Shown here: positions 24,201 to 39,200 of the stretch, piece by piece
Layout of the letters: the number at the start of each line of letters is the position of its first letter
Position numbering within the stretch: position 1 is the first letter of the stretch
Source: Eledone cirrhosa
Taxonomy: Eukaryota
Assembly: GCA_964016885.1 (NCBI GenBank)
Contig: OZ024741.1
Coordinates: 403,620,001-403,684,000 of the forward strand
Length of the DNA stretch: 64,000 nucleotides
Direction: 5' to 3'
The notes under the pieces: generated by a model
The model's database searches: none
The model's input: the letters and a program-made list of their open reading frames with translations, nothing else
What the model was told of the DNA's origin: nothing
Position numbers and translations under genes: made by a program

Positions 24201-27200
24201 TCATGGAGCTGTCATCATGTCATATGATCTGTATCTTCATGGAGCTGTCATCATGTCATATGATCTGTATCTTCATGGAGCTGTCATAAGGTCATATGAT
24301 CTGTATCTTCATGGAGCTGTCATCATCTCTTATGATCTGTATCTTCATGGAGCTGTCATCATGTCATATGATCTGTATCTTCATGGAGCTGTCATCATGT
24401 CATATGATCTGTATCTTCATGGAGCTATCATAAGGTCATATGATCTGTATCTTCATGGAGCTGTCATCATGTCATATGATCTGTATCTTCATGGAGCTGT
24501 CATAAGGTCATATGATCTGTATCTTCATGGAGCTGTCATCATGTAATATGATCTGTATCTTCATGGAGCTGTCATAAGGTCATATGATCTGTATCTTCAT
24601 GGAGCTGTCATCATGTCATATGATCTGTATCTTCATGGAGCTGTCATAAGGTCATATGATCTGTATCTTCATGGAGCTGTCATCATGTCATATGATCTGT
24701 ATCTTCATGGAGCTATCATAAGGTCATATGATCTGTATCTTCATGGAGCTGTCATAAGGTCATATGATCTGTATCTTCATGGAGCTGTCATAAGTTGATA
24801 TGATCTGTATCTTCATGGAGCTGTCATCATGTCATATGATCTGTATCTTCATGGAGCTGTCATCATGTCATATGATCTGTATCTTCATGGAGCTGTCATA
24901 AGGTCATATGATCTGTATCTTCATGGAGCTGTCATAAGGTCATATGATCTGTATCTTCATGGAGCTGTCATCATGTCATATGATCTGTATCTTCATGGAG
25001 CTGTCATAAGGTCATATGATCTGTATCTTCATGGAGCTGTCATCATGTCATATGATCTGTATCTTCATGGAGCTGTCATAAGGTCATATGATCTGTATCT
25101 TCATGGAGCTGTCAACATGTCATATGATCGGTATCTTCATGGAGCTGTCATCATGTCATATGATCTGTATCTTCATGGAGCTGTCATCATGTCATATGAT
25201 CTGTATCTTCATGGAGCTGTCATAAGGTCATATGATCTGTATTTTCATGGAGCTGTCATAAGGTCATATGATCTGTATCTTCATGGAGCTGTCATCATGT
25301 CATATGATCTGTATCTTCATGGAGCTGTCATAAGGTCATATGATCTGTATCTTCATGGAGCTGTCATCATGTCATATGATCTGTATCTTCATGGAGCTGT
25401 CATAAGGTCATATGATCTGTATCTTCATGGAGCTGTCATCATGTCATATGATCTGTATCTTCATGGAGCTTTCAAAAGGTCATATGATCTGTATCTTCAT
25501 GGAGCTGTCATCATGTCATATGATCTGTATCTTCATGGAGCTGTCATAAGGTCATATGATCTGTATCTTCATGGAGCTGTCATCATGTCATATGATCTGT
25601 ATCTTCATGGAGCTATCATAAGGTCATATGATCTGTATCTTCATGGAGCTGTCATAAGGTCATATGATCTGTATCTTCATGGAGGTGTCATAAGGTCATA
25701 TGATCTGTATCTTCATGGAGCTGTCATCATGTCATATGATCTGTATCTTCATGGAGCTGTCATCATGTCATATGATCTGTATCTTCATGGAGCTGTCATA
25801 AGGTCATATGTTCTGTATCTTCATGGAGCTGTCATGAGGTCATATGATCTGTATCTTCATGGAGCTGTCATAAGGTCATATGATCTGTATCTTCATGGAG
25901 CTGTCATCATGTCATATGTTCTGTATCTTCATGGAGCTGTCATAAGGTCATATGATCTGTATCTTCATGGAACTATCATAAGGTCATATGTTCTGTATCT
26001 TCATGGAGCTGTCATAAGGTCATATGATCTGTATCTTCATGGAGCTATCATAAGGTCATATGTTCTGTATCTTCATGGAGCTGTCATAAGGTCATATGAT
26101 CTGTATCTTCATGGAGCTATCATAAGGTCATATGTTCTGTATCTTCATGGAGCTATCATAAGGTCATATGTTCTGTATCTTCATGGAGCTGTCATAAGGT
26201 CATATGATCTGTATCTTCATGGAGCTGTTATCATGTCATATGTTCTGTATCTTCATGGAGCTGTCATCATGTCATATGATCTGTATCTTCATGGAGCTAT
26301 CATAAGGTCATATGTTCTGTATCTTCATGGAGCTGTCATAAGGTCATATGATCTGTATCTTCATGGAGCTGTCATAAGGTCAAATGATCTGTATCTTCAT
26401 GGAGCTGTCATCATGTCATATGTTCTGTATATTCATGGAGCTGTCATAAGGTCATATGATCTGTATCTTCATGGAGCTATCATAAGGTCATATGTTCTGT
26501 ATCTTCATGGAGCTGTCATAATTTCATATGATCTATATCTTCATGGAGCTGTCATAAGGTCATATGATCTGTATCTTCATGGAGCTGTCATCATGTCATA
26601 TGATCTGTATCTTCATGGAGCTGTCATAAGGTCATATGATCTGTATCTTCATGGAGCTGTCATAAGGTCATATGATCTGTATCTTCATGGAGCTGTCATC
26701 ATGTCATATGATCTGTATCTTCATGGAGCTGTCATCATGTCATATGATCTGTATCTTCATGGAGCTGTCATAAGATCATATGATCTGTATCTTCATGGAG
26801 CTGTCATCATGTCATATGTTCTGTATCTTCATGGAGCTGTCATAAGGTCATATGTTCTGTATCTTCATGGAGCTGTCATAAGGTCATATGATCTGTATCT
26901 TCATGGAGCTGTCATAAGGTCATATGATCTGTATCTTCATGGAGCTGTCATCATGTCATATGATCTGTATCTTCATGGAGCTGTCATAAGGTCATATGTT
27001 CTGTATCTTCATGGAGCTGTCATCATGTCATATGTTCTGTATCTTCATGGAGCTGTCATAAGGTCATATGATCTGTATCTTCATGGAGCTGTCATGAGGT
27101 CATATGTTCTGTATCTTCATGGAGCTGTCATAAAGTCATATGATCTGTATCTTCATGGAGCTGTCATCATGTCATATGATCTGTATCTTCATGGAGCTGT

Positions 27201-30200
27201 CATAAGGTCATATGATCTGTATCTTCATGGAGCTGTCATCATGTCATATGATCTGTATCTTCATGGAGCTGTCATAAGGTCATATGATATGTATCTTCAT
27301 GGAGCTGTCATAAGGTCATATGATCTGTATCTTCATGGAGCTGTCATAAGGTCATATGATCTGTATCTTCATGGAGCTATCATAAGGTCATATGTTCTGT
27401 ATCTTCATGGAGCTGTCATCATGTCATATGATCTGTATCTTCATGGAGCTGTCATTAGGTCATATGATCTGTATCTTCATGGAGCTGTCATCATGTCATA
27501 TGATCTGTATCTTCATGGAGCTGTCATAAGGTCATATGATCTGTATCTTCATGGAGCTATCATAAGGTCATATGATCTGTATCTTCATGGAGCTGTCATA
27601 AGGTCATATGATCTGTATCTTCATGGAGCTGTCATAAGGTCATATGATCTGTATCTTCATGGAGCTGTCATCATTTCATATGATCTGTATCTTCATGGAG
27701 CTGTCATCATGTCATATGATCTGTATCTTCATGGAGCTGTCATAAGGTCATATGATCTGTATCTTCATGGAGCTGTCATCATGTCTTATGATCTGTATCT
27801 TCATGGAGCTGTCATCATGTCATATGATCTGTATCTTCATGGAGCTGTCATCATGTCATATGATCTGTATCTTCATGGAGCTGTCATAAGGTCATATGTT
27901 CTGTATCTTCATGGAGCTGTCATAAGGTCATATGATCTGTATCTTCATGGAGCTGTCATAAGGTCATATGATCTGTATCTTCATGGAGCTGTCATAAGGT
28001 CATATGATCTGTATCTTCATGGAGCTGTCATCATGTCATATGATCTGTATCTTCATGGAGCTGTCATAAGGTCATATGTTCTGTATCTTCATGGAGATGT
28101 CATCATGTCATATGTTCTGTATCTTCATGGAGCTGTCATAAGGTCATATGATCTGTATCTTCATGGAGCTGTCATTAGGTCATATGTTCTGTATCTTCAT
28201 GGAGCTATCATAAGGTCATATGATCTGTATCTTCATGGAGCTGTCATCATGTCATATGATCTGTATCTTCATGGAGCTGTCATGAGGTCATATGTTCTGT
28301 ATCTTCATGGAGCTGTCATAAAGTCATATGATCTGTATCTTCATGGAGCTGTCATCATGTCATATGATCTGTATCTTCATGGAGCTGTCATAAGATCATA
28401 TGATCTGTATCTTCATGGAGCTGTCATCATGTCATATGTTCTGTATCTTCATGGAGCTGTCATAAGGTCATATGTTCTGTATCTTCATGGAGCTGTCATA
28501 AGGTCATATGATCTGTATCTTCATGGAGCTGTCATAAGGTCATATGATCTGTATCTTCATGGAGCTGTCATAAGGTCATATGATCTGTATCTTCATGGAG
28601 CTGTCATCATGTCATATGATCTGTATCTTCATGGAGCTGTCATAAGGTCATATGTTCTGTATCTTCATGGAGATGTCATCATGTCATATGTTCTGTATCT
28701 TCATGGAGCTGTCATAAGGTCATATGATCTGTATCTTCATGGAGCTGTCATTAGGTCATATGTTCTGTATCTTCATGGAGCTATCATAAGGTCATATGAT
28801 CTGTATCTTCATGGAGCTGTCATCATGTCATATGATCTGTATCTTCATGGAGCTGTCATGAGGTCATATGTTCTGTATCTTCATGGAGCTGTCATAAAGT
28901 CATATGATCTGTATCTTCATGGAGCTGTCATCATGTCATATGATCTGTATCTTCATGGAGCTGTCATAAGGTCATATGATCTGTATCTTCATGGAGCTGT
29001 CATCATGTCGTATGATCTGTATCTTCATGGAGCTGTCATAAGGTCATATGATCTGTATCTTCATGGAGCTGTCATCATGTCATATGATCTGTATCTTCAT
29101 GGAGCTGTCATCATGTCATATGATCTGTATCTTCATGGAGCTGTCATAAGGTCATATGATCTGTATCTTCATGGAGCTGTCATAAGGTCATATGATCTGT
29201 ATCTTCATGGAGCTGTCATTAGGTCATATGATCTGTATCTTCATGGAGCTGTCATCATGTCATATGATCTGTATCTTCATGGAGCTGTCATAAGGTCATA
29301 TGATCTGTATCTTCATGGAGCTATCATAAGGTCATATGATCTGTATCTTCATGGAGCTGTCATAAGGTCATATGATCTGTATCTTCATGGAGCTGTCATA
29401 AGGTCATATGTTCTGTATCTTCATGGAGCTGTCATCATGTCATATGATCTGTATCTTCATGGAGCTGTCATAAGGTCATATGTTCTGTATCTTCATGGAG
29501 CTGTCATCATGTCATATGATCTGTATCTTCATGGAGCTGTCATCATGTCATATGATCTGTATCTTCATGGAGCTGTCATCATGTCATATGATCTGTATCT
29601 TCATGGAGCTGTCATCATGTCATATGATCTGTATCTTCATGGAGCTGTCATAAGGTCATATGATCTGTATCTTCATGGAGCTGTCATCATCTCTTATGAT
29701 CTGTATCTTCATGGAGCTGTCATCATGTCATATGATCTGTATCTTCATGGAGCTGTCATCATGTCATATGATCTGTATCTTCATGGAGCTATCATAAGGT
29801 CATATGATCTGTATCTTCATGGAGCTGTCATCATGTCATATGATCTGTATCTTCATGGAGCTGTCATAAGGTCATATGATCTGTATCTTCATGGAGCTGT
29901 CATCATGTAATATGATCTGTATCTTCATGGAGCTGTCATAAGGTCATATGATCTGTATCTTCATGGAGCTGTCATCATGTCATATGATCTGTATCTTCAT
30001 GGAGCTGTCATAAGGTCATATGATCTGTATCTTCATGGAGCTGTCATCATGTCATATGATCTGTATCTTCATGGAGCTATCATAAGGTCATATGATCTGT
30101 ATCTTCATGGAGCTGTCATAAGGTCATATGATCTGTATCTTCATGGAGCTGTCATAAGTTGATATGATCTGTATCTTCATGGAGCTGTCATCATGTCATA

Positions 30201-33200
30201 TGATCTGTATCTTCATGGAGCTGTCATCATGTCATATGATCTGTATCTTCATGGAGCTGTCATAAGGTCATATGATCTGTATCTTCATGGAGCTGTCATA
30301 AGGTCATATGATCTGTATCTTCATGGAGCTGTCATCATGTCATATGATCTGTATCTTCATGGAGCTGTCATAAGGTCATATGATCTGTATCTTCATGGAG
30401 CTGTCATCATGTCATATGATCTGTATCTTCATGGAGCTGTCATAAGGTCATATGATCTGTATCTTCATGGAGCTGTCATCATGTCATATGATCGGTATCT
30501 TCATGGAGCTGTCATCATGTCATATGATCTGTATCTTCATGGAGCTGTCATCATGTCATATGATCTGTATCTTCATGGAGCTGTCATAAGGTCATATGAT
30601 CTGTATTTTCATGGAGCTGTCATAAGGTCATATGATCTGTATCTTCATGGAGCTGTCATCATGTCATATGATCTGTATCTTCATGGAGCTGTCATAAGGT
30701 CATATGATCTGTATCTTCATGGAGCTGTCATCATGTCATATGATCTGTATCTTCATGGAGCTGTCATAAGGTCATATGATCTGTATCTTCATGGAGCTGT
30801 CATCATGTCATATGATCTGTATCTTCATGGAGCTTTCAAAAGGTCATATGATCTGTATCTTCATGGAGCTGTCATCATGTCATATGATCTGTATCTTCAT
30901 GGAGCTGTCATAAGGTCATATGATCTGTATCTTCATGGAGCTGTCATCATGTCATATGATCTGTATCTTCATGGAGCTATCATAAGGTCATATGATCTGT
31001 ATCTTCATGGAGCTGTCATAAGGTCATATGATCTGTATCTTCATGGAGGTGTCATAAGGTCATATGATCTGTATCTTCATGGAGCTGTCATCATGTCATA
31101 TGATCTGTATCTTCATGGAGCTGTCATCATGTCATATGATCTGTATCTTCATGGAGCTGTCATAAGGTCATATGTTCTGTATCTTCATGGAGCTGTCATA
31201 AGGTCATATGATCTGTATCTTCATGGAGCTGTCATAAGGTCATATGATCTGTATCTTCATGGAGCTGTCATCATGTCATATGTTCTGTATCTTCATGGAG
31301 CTGTCATAAGGTCATATGATCTGTATCTTCATGGAACTATCATAAGGTCATATGTTCTGTATCTTCATGGAGCTGTCATAAGGTCATATGATCTGTATCT
31401 TCATGGAGCTATCATAAGGTCATATGTTCTGTATCTTCATGGAGCTGTCATAAGGTCATATGATCTGTATCTTCATGGAGCTATCATAAGGTCATATGTT
31501 CTGTATCTTCATGGAGCTATCATAAGGTCATATGTTCTGTATCTTCATGGAGCTGTCATAAGGTCATATGATCTGTATCTTCATGGAGCTGTTATCATGT
31601 CATATGTTCTGTATCTTCATGGAGCTGTCATCATGTCATATGATCTGTATCTTCATGGAGCTATCATAAGGTCATATGTTCTGTATCTTCATGGAGCTGT
31701 CATAAGGTCATATGATCTGTATCTTCATGGAGCTGTCATAAGGTCAAATGATCTGTATCTTCATGGAGCTGTCATCATGTCATATGTTCTGTATATTCAT
31801 GGAGCTGTCATAAGGTCATATGATCTGTATCTTCATGGAGCTATCATAAGGTCATATGTTCTGTATCTTCATGGAGCTGTCATAATTTCATATGATCTAT
31901 ATCTTCATGGAGCTGTCATAAGGTCATATGATCTGTATCTTCATGGAGCTGTCATCATGTCATATGATCTGTATCTTCATGGAGCTGTCATAAGGTCATA
32001 TGATCTGTATCTTCATGGAGCTGTCATAAGGTCATATGATCTGTATCTTCATGGAGCTGTCATCATGTCATATGATCTGTATCTTCATGGAGCTGTCATC
32101 ATGTCATATGATCTGTATCTTCATGGAGCTGTCATAAGATCATATGATCTGTATCTTCATGGAGCTGTCATCATGTCATATGTTCTGTATCTTCATGGAG
32201 CTGTCATAAGGTCATATGTTCTGTATCTTCATGGAGCTGTCATAAGGTCATATGATCTGTATCTTCATGGAGCTGTCATAAGGTCATATGATCTGTATCT
32301 TCATGGAGCTGTCATCATGTCATATGATCTGTATCTTCATGGAGCTGTCATAAGGTCATATGTTCTGTATCTTCATGGAGCTGTCATCATGTCATATGTT
32401 CTGTATCTTCATGGAGCTGTCATAAGGTCATATGATCTGTATCTTCATGGAGCTGTCATGAGGTCATATGTTCTGTATCTTCATGGAGCTGTCATAAAGT
32501 CATATGATCTGTATCTTCATGGAGCTGTCATCATGTCATATGATCTGTATCTTCATGGAGCTGTCATAAGGTCATATGATCTGTATCTTCATGGAGCTGT
32601 CATCATGTCATATGATCTGTATCTTCATGGAGCTGTCATAAGGTCATATGATATGTATCTTCATGGAGCTGTCATAAGGTCATATGATCTGTATCTTCAT
32701 GGAGCTGTCATAAGGTCATATGATCTGTATCTTCATGGAGCTATCATAAGGTCATATGTTCTGTATCTTCATGGAGCTGTCATCATGTCATATGATCTGT
32801 ATCTTCATGGAGCTGTCATTAGGTCATATGATCTGTATCTTCATGGAGCTGTCATCATGTCATATGATCTGTATCTTCATGGAGCTGTCATAAGGTCATA
32901 TGATCTGTATCTTCATGGAGCTATCATAAGGTCATATGATCTGTATCTTCATGGAGCTGTCATAAGGTCATATGATCTGTATCTTCATGGAGCTGTCATA
33001 AGGTCATATGATCTGTATCTTCATGGAGCTGTCATCATTTCATATGATCTGTATCTTCATGGAGCTGTCATCATGTCATATGATCTGTATCTTCATGGAG
33101 CTGTCATAAGGTCATATGATCTGTATCTTCATGGAGCTGTCATCATGTCTTATGATCTGTATCTTCATGGAGCTGTCATCATGTCATATGATCTGTATCT

Positions 33201-36200
33201 TCATGGAGCTGTCATCATGTCATATGATCTGTATCTTCATGGAGCTATCATAAGGTCATATGATCTGTATCTTCATGGAGCTGTCATCATGTCATATGAT
33301 CTGTATCTTCATGGAGCTGTCATAAGGTCATATGATCTGTATCTTCATGGAGCTGTCATCATGTAATATGATCTGTATCTTCATGGAGCTGTCATAAGGT
33401 CATATGATCTGTATCTTCATGGAGCTGTCATCATGTCATATGATCTGTATCTTCATGGAGCTGTCATAAGGTCATATGATCTGTATCTTCATGGAGCTGT
33501 CATCATGTCATATGATCTGTATCTTCATGGAGCTATCATAAGGTCATATGATCTGTATCTTCATGGAGCTGTCATAAGGTCATATGATCTGTATCTTCAT
33601 GGAGCTGTCATAAGTTGACATGATCTGTATCTTCATGGAGCTGTCATCATGTCATATGATCTGTATCTTCATGGAGCTGTCATCATGTCATATGATCTGT
33701 ATCTTCATGGAGCTGTCATAAGGTCATATGATCTGTATCTTCATGGAGCTGTCATAAGGTCATATGATCTGTATCTTCATGGAGCTGTCATCATGTCATA
33801 TGATCTGTATCTTCATGGAGCTGTCATAAGGTCATATGATCTGTATCTTCATGGAGCTGTCATCATGTCATATGATCTGTATCTTCATGGAGCTGTCATA
33901 AGGTCATATGATCTGTATCTTCATGGAGCTGTCATCATGTCATATGATCGGTATCTTCATGGAGCTGTCATCATGTCATATGATCTGTATCTTCATGGAG
34001 CTGTCATCATGTCATATGATCTGTATCTTCATGGAGCTGTCATAAGGTCATATGATCTGTATTTTCATGGAGCTGTCATAAGGTCATATGATCTGTATCT
34101 TCATGGAGCTGTCATCATGTCATATGATCTGTATCTTCATGGAGCTGTCATAAGGTCATATGATCTGTATCTTCATGGAGCTGTCATCATGTCATATGAT
34201 CTGTATCTTCATGGAGCTGTCATAAGGTCATATGATCTGTATCTTCATGGAGCTGTCATCATGTCATATGATCTGTATCTTCATGGAGCTTTCAAAAGGT
34301 CATATGATCTGTATCTTCATGGAGCTGTCATCATGTCATATGATCTGTATCTTCATGGAGCTGTCATAAGGTCATATGATCTGTATCTTCATGGAGCTGT
34401 CATCATGTCATATGATCTGTATCTTCATGGAGCTATCATAAGGTCATATGATCTGTATCTTCATGGAGCTGTCATAAGGTCATATGATCTGTATCTTCAT
34501 GGAGGTGTCATAAGGTCATATGATCTGTATCTTCATGGAGCTGTCATCATGTCATATGATCTGTATCTTCATGGAGCTGTCATCATGTCATATGATCTGT
34601 ATCTTCATGGAGCTGTCATAAGGTCATATGTTCTGTATCTTCATGGAGCTGTCATAAGGTCATATGATCTGTATCTTCATGGAGCTGTCATAAGGTCATA
34701 TGATCTGTATCTTCATGGAGCTGTCATAAGGTCATATGTTCTGTATCTTCATGGAGCTGTCATAAGGTCATATGATCTGTATCTTCATGGAGCTGTCATA
34801 AGGTCATATGATCTGTATCTTCATGGAGCTGTTATCATGTCATATGTTCTGTATCTTCATGGAGCTGTCATAAGGTCATATGATCTGTATCTTCATGGAG
34901 CTGTCATCATGTCATATGATCTGTATCTTCATGGAGCTGTCATCATGTCATATGATCTGTATCTTCACGGAGCTGTCATCATGTCATATGATCTGTATCT
35001 TCATGGAGCTGTCATAAGGCCATATGATCTGTATCTTCATGGAGCTGTCATCATGTCATATGATCTGTATCTTCATGGAGCTATCATAAGGTCATATGAT
35101 CTGTATCTTCATGGAGCTGTCATAAGGTCATATGATCTGTATCTTCATGGAGCTGTCATAAGGTCATATGATCTGTATCTTCATGGAGCTGTCATCATGT
35201 CATATGATCTGTATCTTCACGGAGCTGTCATCATGTCATATGATCTGTATCTTCATGGAGCTGTCATAAGGTCATATGATCTGTATCTTCATGGAGCTGT
35301 CATCATGTCATATGATCTGTATCTTCATGGAGCTGTCATAAGGTCATATGATCTGTATCTTCATGGAGCTGTCATAAGGTCATATGATCTGTATCTTCAT
35401 GGAGCTGTCATAAGGTCATATGATCTGTATCTTCATGGAGCTGTCATCATGTCATATGATCTGTATCTTCACGGAGCTGTCATAAGGTCATATGATCTGT
35501 ATCTTCAGGGTGCTGTCATCATGTCATATGTTCTGTATCTTCATGGAGCTGTCATAAGGTCATATGATCTGTATCTTCATGGAGCTGTCATAAGGTCATA
35601 TGATCTGTATCTTCATGGAGCTGTCATAAGGTCATATGATCTGTATCTTCATGGAGCTGTCATCATGTCATATGATCTGTATCTTCATGGAGCTGTCATA
35701 AGGTCATATGTTCTGTATCTTCATGGAGCTGTCATCATGTCATATGATCTGTATCTTCACGGAGCTGTCATAAGGTCATATGATCTGTATCTTCATGGAG
35801 CTGTCATCATGTCATATGATCTGTATCTTCATGGAGCTGTCATAAGGTCATATGTTCTGTATCTTCATGGAGCTGTCATAAGGTCATATGATCTGTATCT
35901 TCATGGAGCTGTCATAAGGTCATATGATCTGTATCTTCATGGAGCTGTCATAAGGTCATATGATCTGTATCTTCACGGAGCTGTCATAAGGTCATATGTT
36001 CTGTATCTTCATGGAGCTGTCATAAGGTCATATGATCTGTATCTTCATGGAGCTGTCATCATGTCATATGATCTGTATCTTCACGGAGCTGTCATAAGGT
36101 CATATGATCTGTATCTTCAGGGAGCTGTCATCATGTCATATGTTCTGTATCTTCATGGAGCTGTCATAAGGTCATATGATCTGTATCTTCATGGAGCTGT

Positions 36201-39200
36201 CATAAGGTCATATGATCTGTATCTTCATGGAGCTGTCATAAGGTCATATGTTCTGTATCTTCATGGAGCTGTCATAAGGTCATATGTTCTGTATCTTCAT
36301 GGAGCTGTCATCATGTCATATGATCTGTATCTTCATCGAGCTGTCATAAGGTCATATGATCTGTATCTTCATGGAGCTGTCATAAGGTCATATGATCTGT
36401 ATATTCATGGACCTGTCATCATGTCATATGATCTGTATCTTCATGGAGCTGTCATAAGGTCATATGGTCTGTATCTTCATGGAGCTGTCATCATGTCATA
36501 TGATCTGTATCTTCATGGAGCTGTCATAAGGTCATATGATCTGTATCTTCATGGAGCTGTCATAAGGTCATATGATCTGTATCTTCATGGAGCTGTCATC
36601 ATGTCATATGATCTGTATCTTCATGGAGCTGTCATCATGTCATATGATCTGTATCTTCATGGAGCTGTCATAAGGTCATATGATCTGTATCTTCATGGAG
36701 CTGTCATAAGGTCATATGATCTGTATCTTCATGGAGCTGTCATCATGTCATATGATCTGTATCTTCATGGAGCTGTCATAAGGTCATATGTTCTGTATCT
36801 TCATGGAGCTGTCATCATGTCATATGATCTGTATCTTCATGGAGCTGTCATCATGTCATATGATCTGTATCTTCACGGAGCTGTCATAAGGTCATATGAT
36901 CTGTATCTTCATGGAGCTGTCATCATGTCATATGATCTGTATCTTCATGGAGCTGTCATAAGGTCATATGTTCTGTATCTTCATGGAGCTGTCATCATGT
37001 CATATGATCTGTATCTTCATGGAGCTGTCATAAGGTCATATGATCTGTATCTTCATGGAGCTGTCATAAGGTCATATGATCTGTATCTTCATGGAGCTGT
37101 CATCATGTCATATGATCTGTATCTTCACGGAGCTGTCATAAGGTCATATGATCTGTATCTTCATGGAGCTGTCATCATGTCATATGATCTGTATCTTCAT
37201 GGAGCTGTCATAAGGTCATATGTTCTGTATCTTCATGGAGCTGTCATCATGTCATATGATCTGTATCTTCATGGAGCTGTCATAAGGTCATATGATCTGT
37301 ATCTTCATGGAGCTGTCATAAGGTCATATGATCAGTATCTTCATGGAGCTGTCATCATGTCATATGATCTGTATCTTCACGGAGCTGTCATAAGGTCATA
37401 TGATCTGTATCTTCATGGAGCTGTCATCATGTCATATGATCTGTATCTTCATGGAGCTGTCATAAGGTCATATGTTCTGTATCTTCATGGAGCTGTCATA
37501 AGGTCATATGATCTGTATCTTCATGGAGCTGTCATAAGGTCATATGATCTGTATCTTCATGGAGCTGTCATAAGGTCATATGATCTGTATCTTCACGGAG
37601 CTGTCATAAGGTCATATGTTCTGTATCTTCATGGAGCTATCATAAGGTCATATGATCTGTATCTTCATGGAGCTGTCATAAGGTCATATGATCTGTATCT
37701 TCGTGGAGCTGTCATAAGGTCATATGATCTGTATCTTCATGGAGCTGTCATAAGGTCATATGTTCTGTATCTTCATGGAGCTGTCATAAGGTCATATGTT
37801 CTGTATCTTCATGGAGCTGTCATCATGTCATATGATCTGTATCTTCATGGAGCTGTCATAAGGTCATATGATCTGTATCTTCATGGAGCTGTCATAAGGT
37901 CATATGATCTGTATCTTCATGGAGCTGTCATCATGTCATATGATCTGTATCTTCATGGAGCTGTCATAAGGTCATATGTTCTGTATCTTCATGGAGCTGT
38001 CATAAGGTCATATGATCTGTATCTTCATGGAGCTGTCATAAGGTCATATGATCTGTATCTTCATGGAGCTGTCATCATGTCATATGATCTGTATCTTCAT
38101 GGAGCTTTTATAAGGTCATATGTTCTGTATCTTCATGGAGCTGTCATCATGTCATATGATCTGTATCTTCACGGAGCTGTCATAAGGTCATATGATCTGT
38201 ATCTTCATGGAGCTGTCATCATGTCATATGATCTGTATCTTCATGGAGCTGTCATAAGGTCATATGTTCTGTATCTTCATGGAGCTGTCATAAGGTCATA
38301 TGATCTGTATCTTCATGGAGCTGTCATAAGGTCATATGATCTGTATCTTCATGGAGCTGTCATAAGGTCATATGATCTGTATCTTCACGGAGCTGTCATA
38401 AGGTCATATGTTCTGTATCTTCATGGAGCTATCATAAGGTCATATGATCTGTATCTTGATGGATCTGTCATGAGGTCATATGATCTGTATCTTCATGGAG
38501 CTGTCATAAGGTCATATGATCTGTATCTTCATGGAGCTATCATAAGGTCATATGATCTGTATCTTCATGGAGCTGTCATCATGTCATATGATCTGTATCT
38601 TCATGGAGCTGTCATAAGATCATATGATCTGTATCTTCATGGAGCTGTCATCATGTCATATGTTCTGTATCTTCATGGAGCTGTCATAAGGTCATATGTT
38701 CTGTATCTTCATGGAGCTGTCATAAGGTCATATGATCTGTATCTTCATGGAGCTGTCATAAGGTCATATGATCTGTATCTTCATGGAGCTGTCATCATGT
38801 CATATGATCTGTATCTTCATGGAGCTGTCATAAGGTCATATGTTCTGTATCTTCATAGAGCTGTCATCATGTCATATGTTCTGTATCTTCATGGAGCTGT
38901 CATAAGGTCATATGATCTGTATCTTCATGGAGCTGTCATGAGGTCATATGTTCTGTATCTTCATGGAGCTATCATAAGGTCATATGATCTGTATCTTCAT
39001 GGAGCTGTCATCATGTCATATGATCTGTATCTTCATGGAGCTGTCATGAGGTCATATGTTCTGTATCTTCATGGAGCTGTCATAAAGTCATATGATCTGT
39101 ATCTTCATGGAGCTGTCATCATGTCATATGATCTGTATCTTCATGGAGCTGTCATAAGGTCATATGATCTGTATCTTCATGGAGATGTCATCATGTCATA

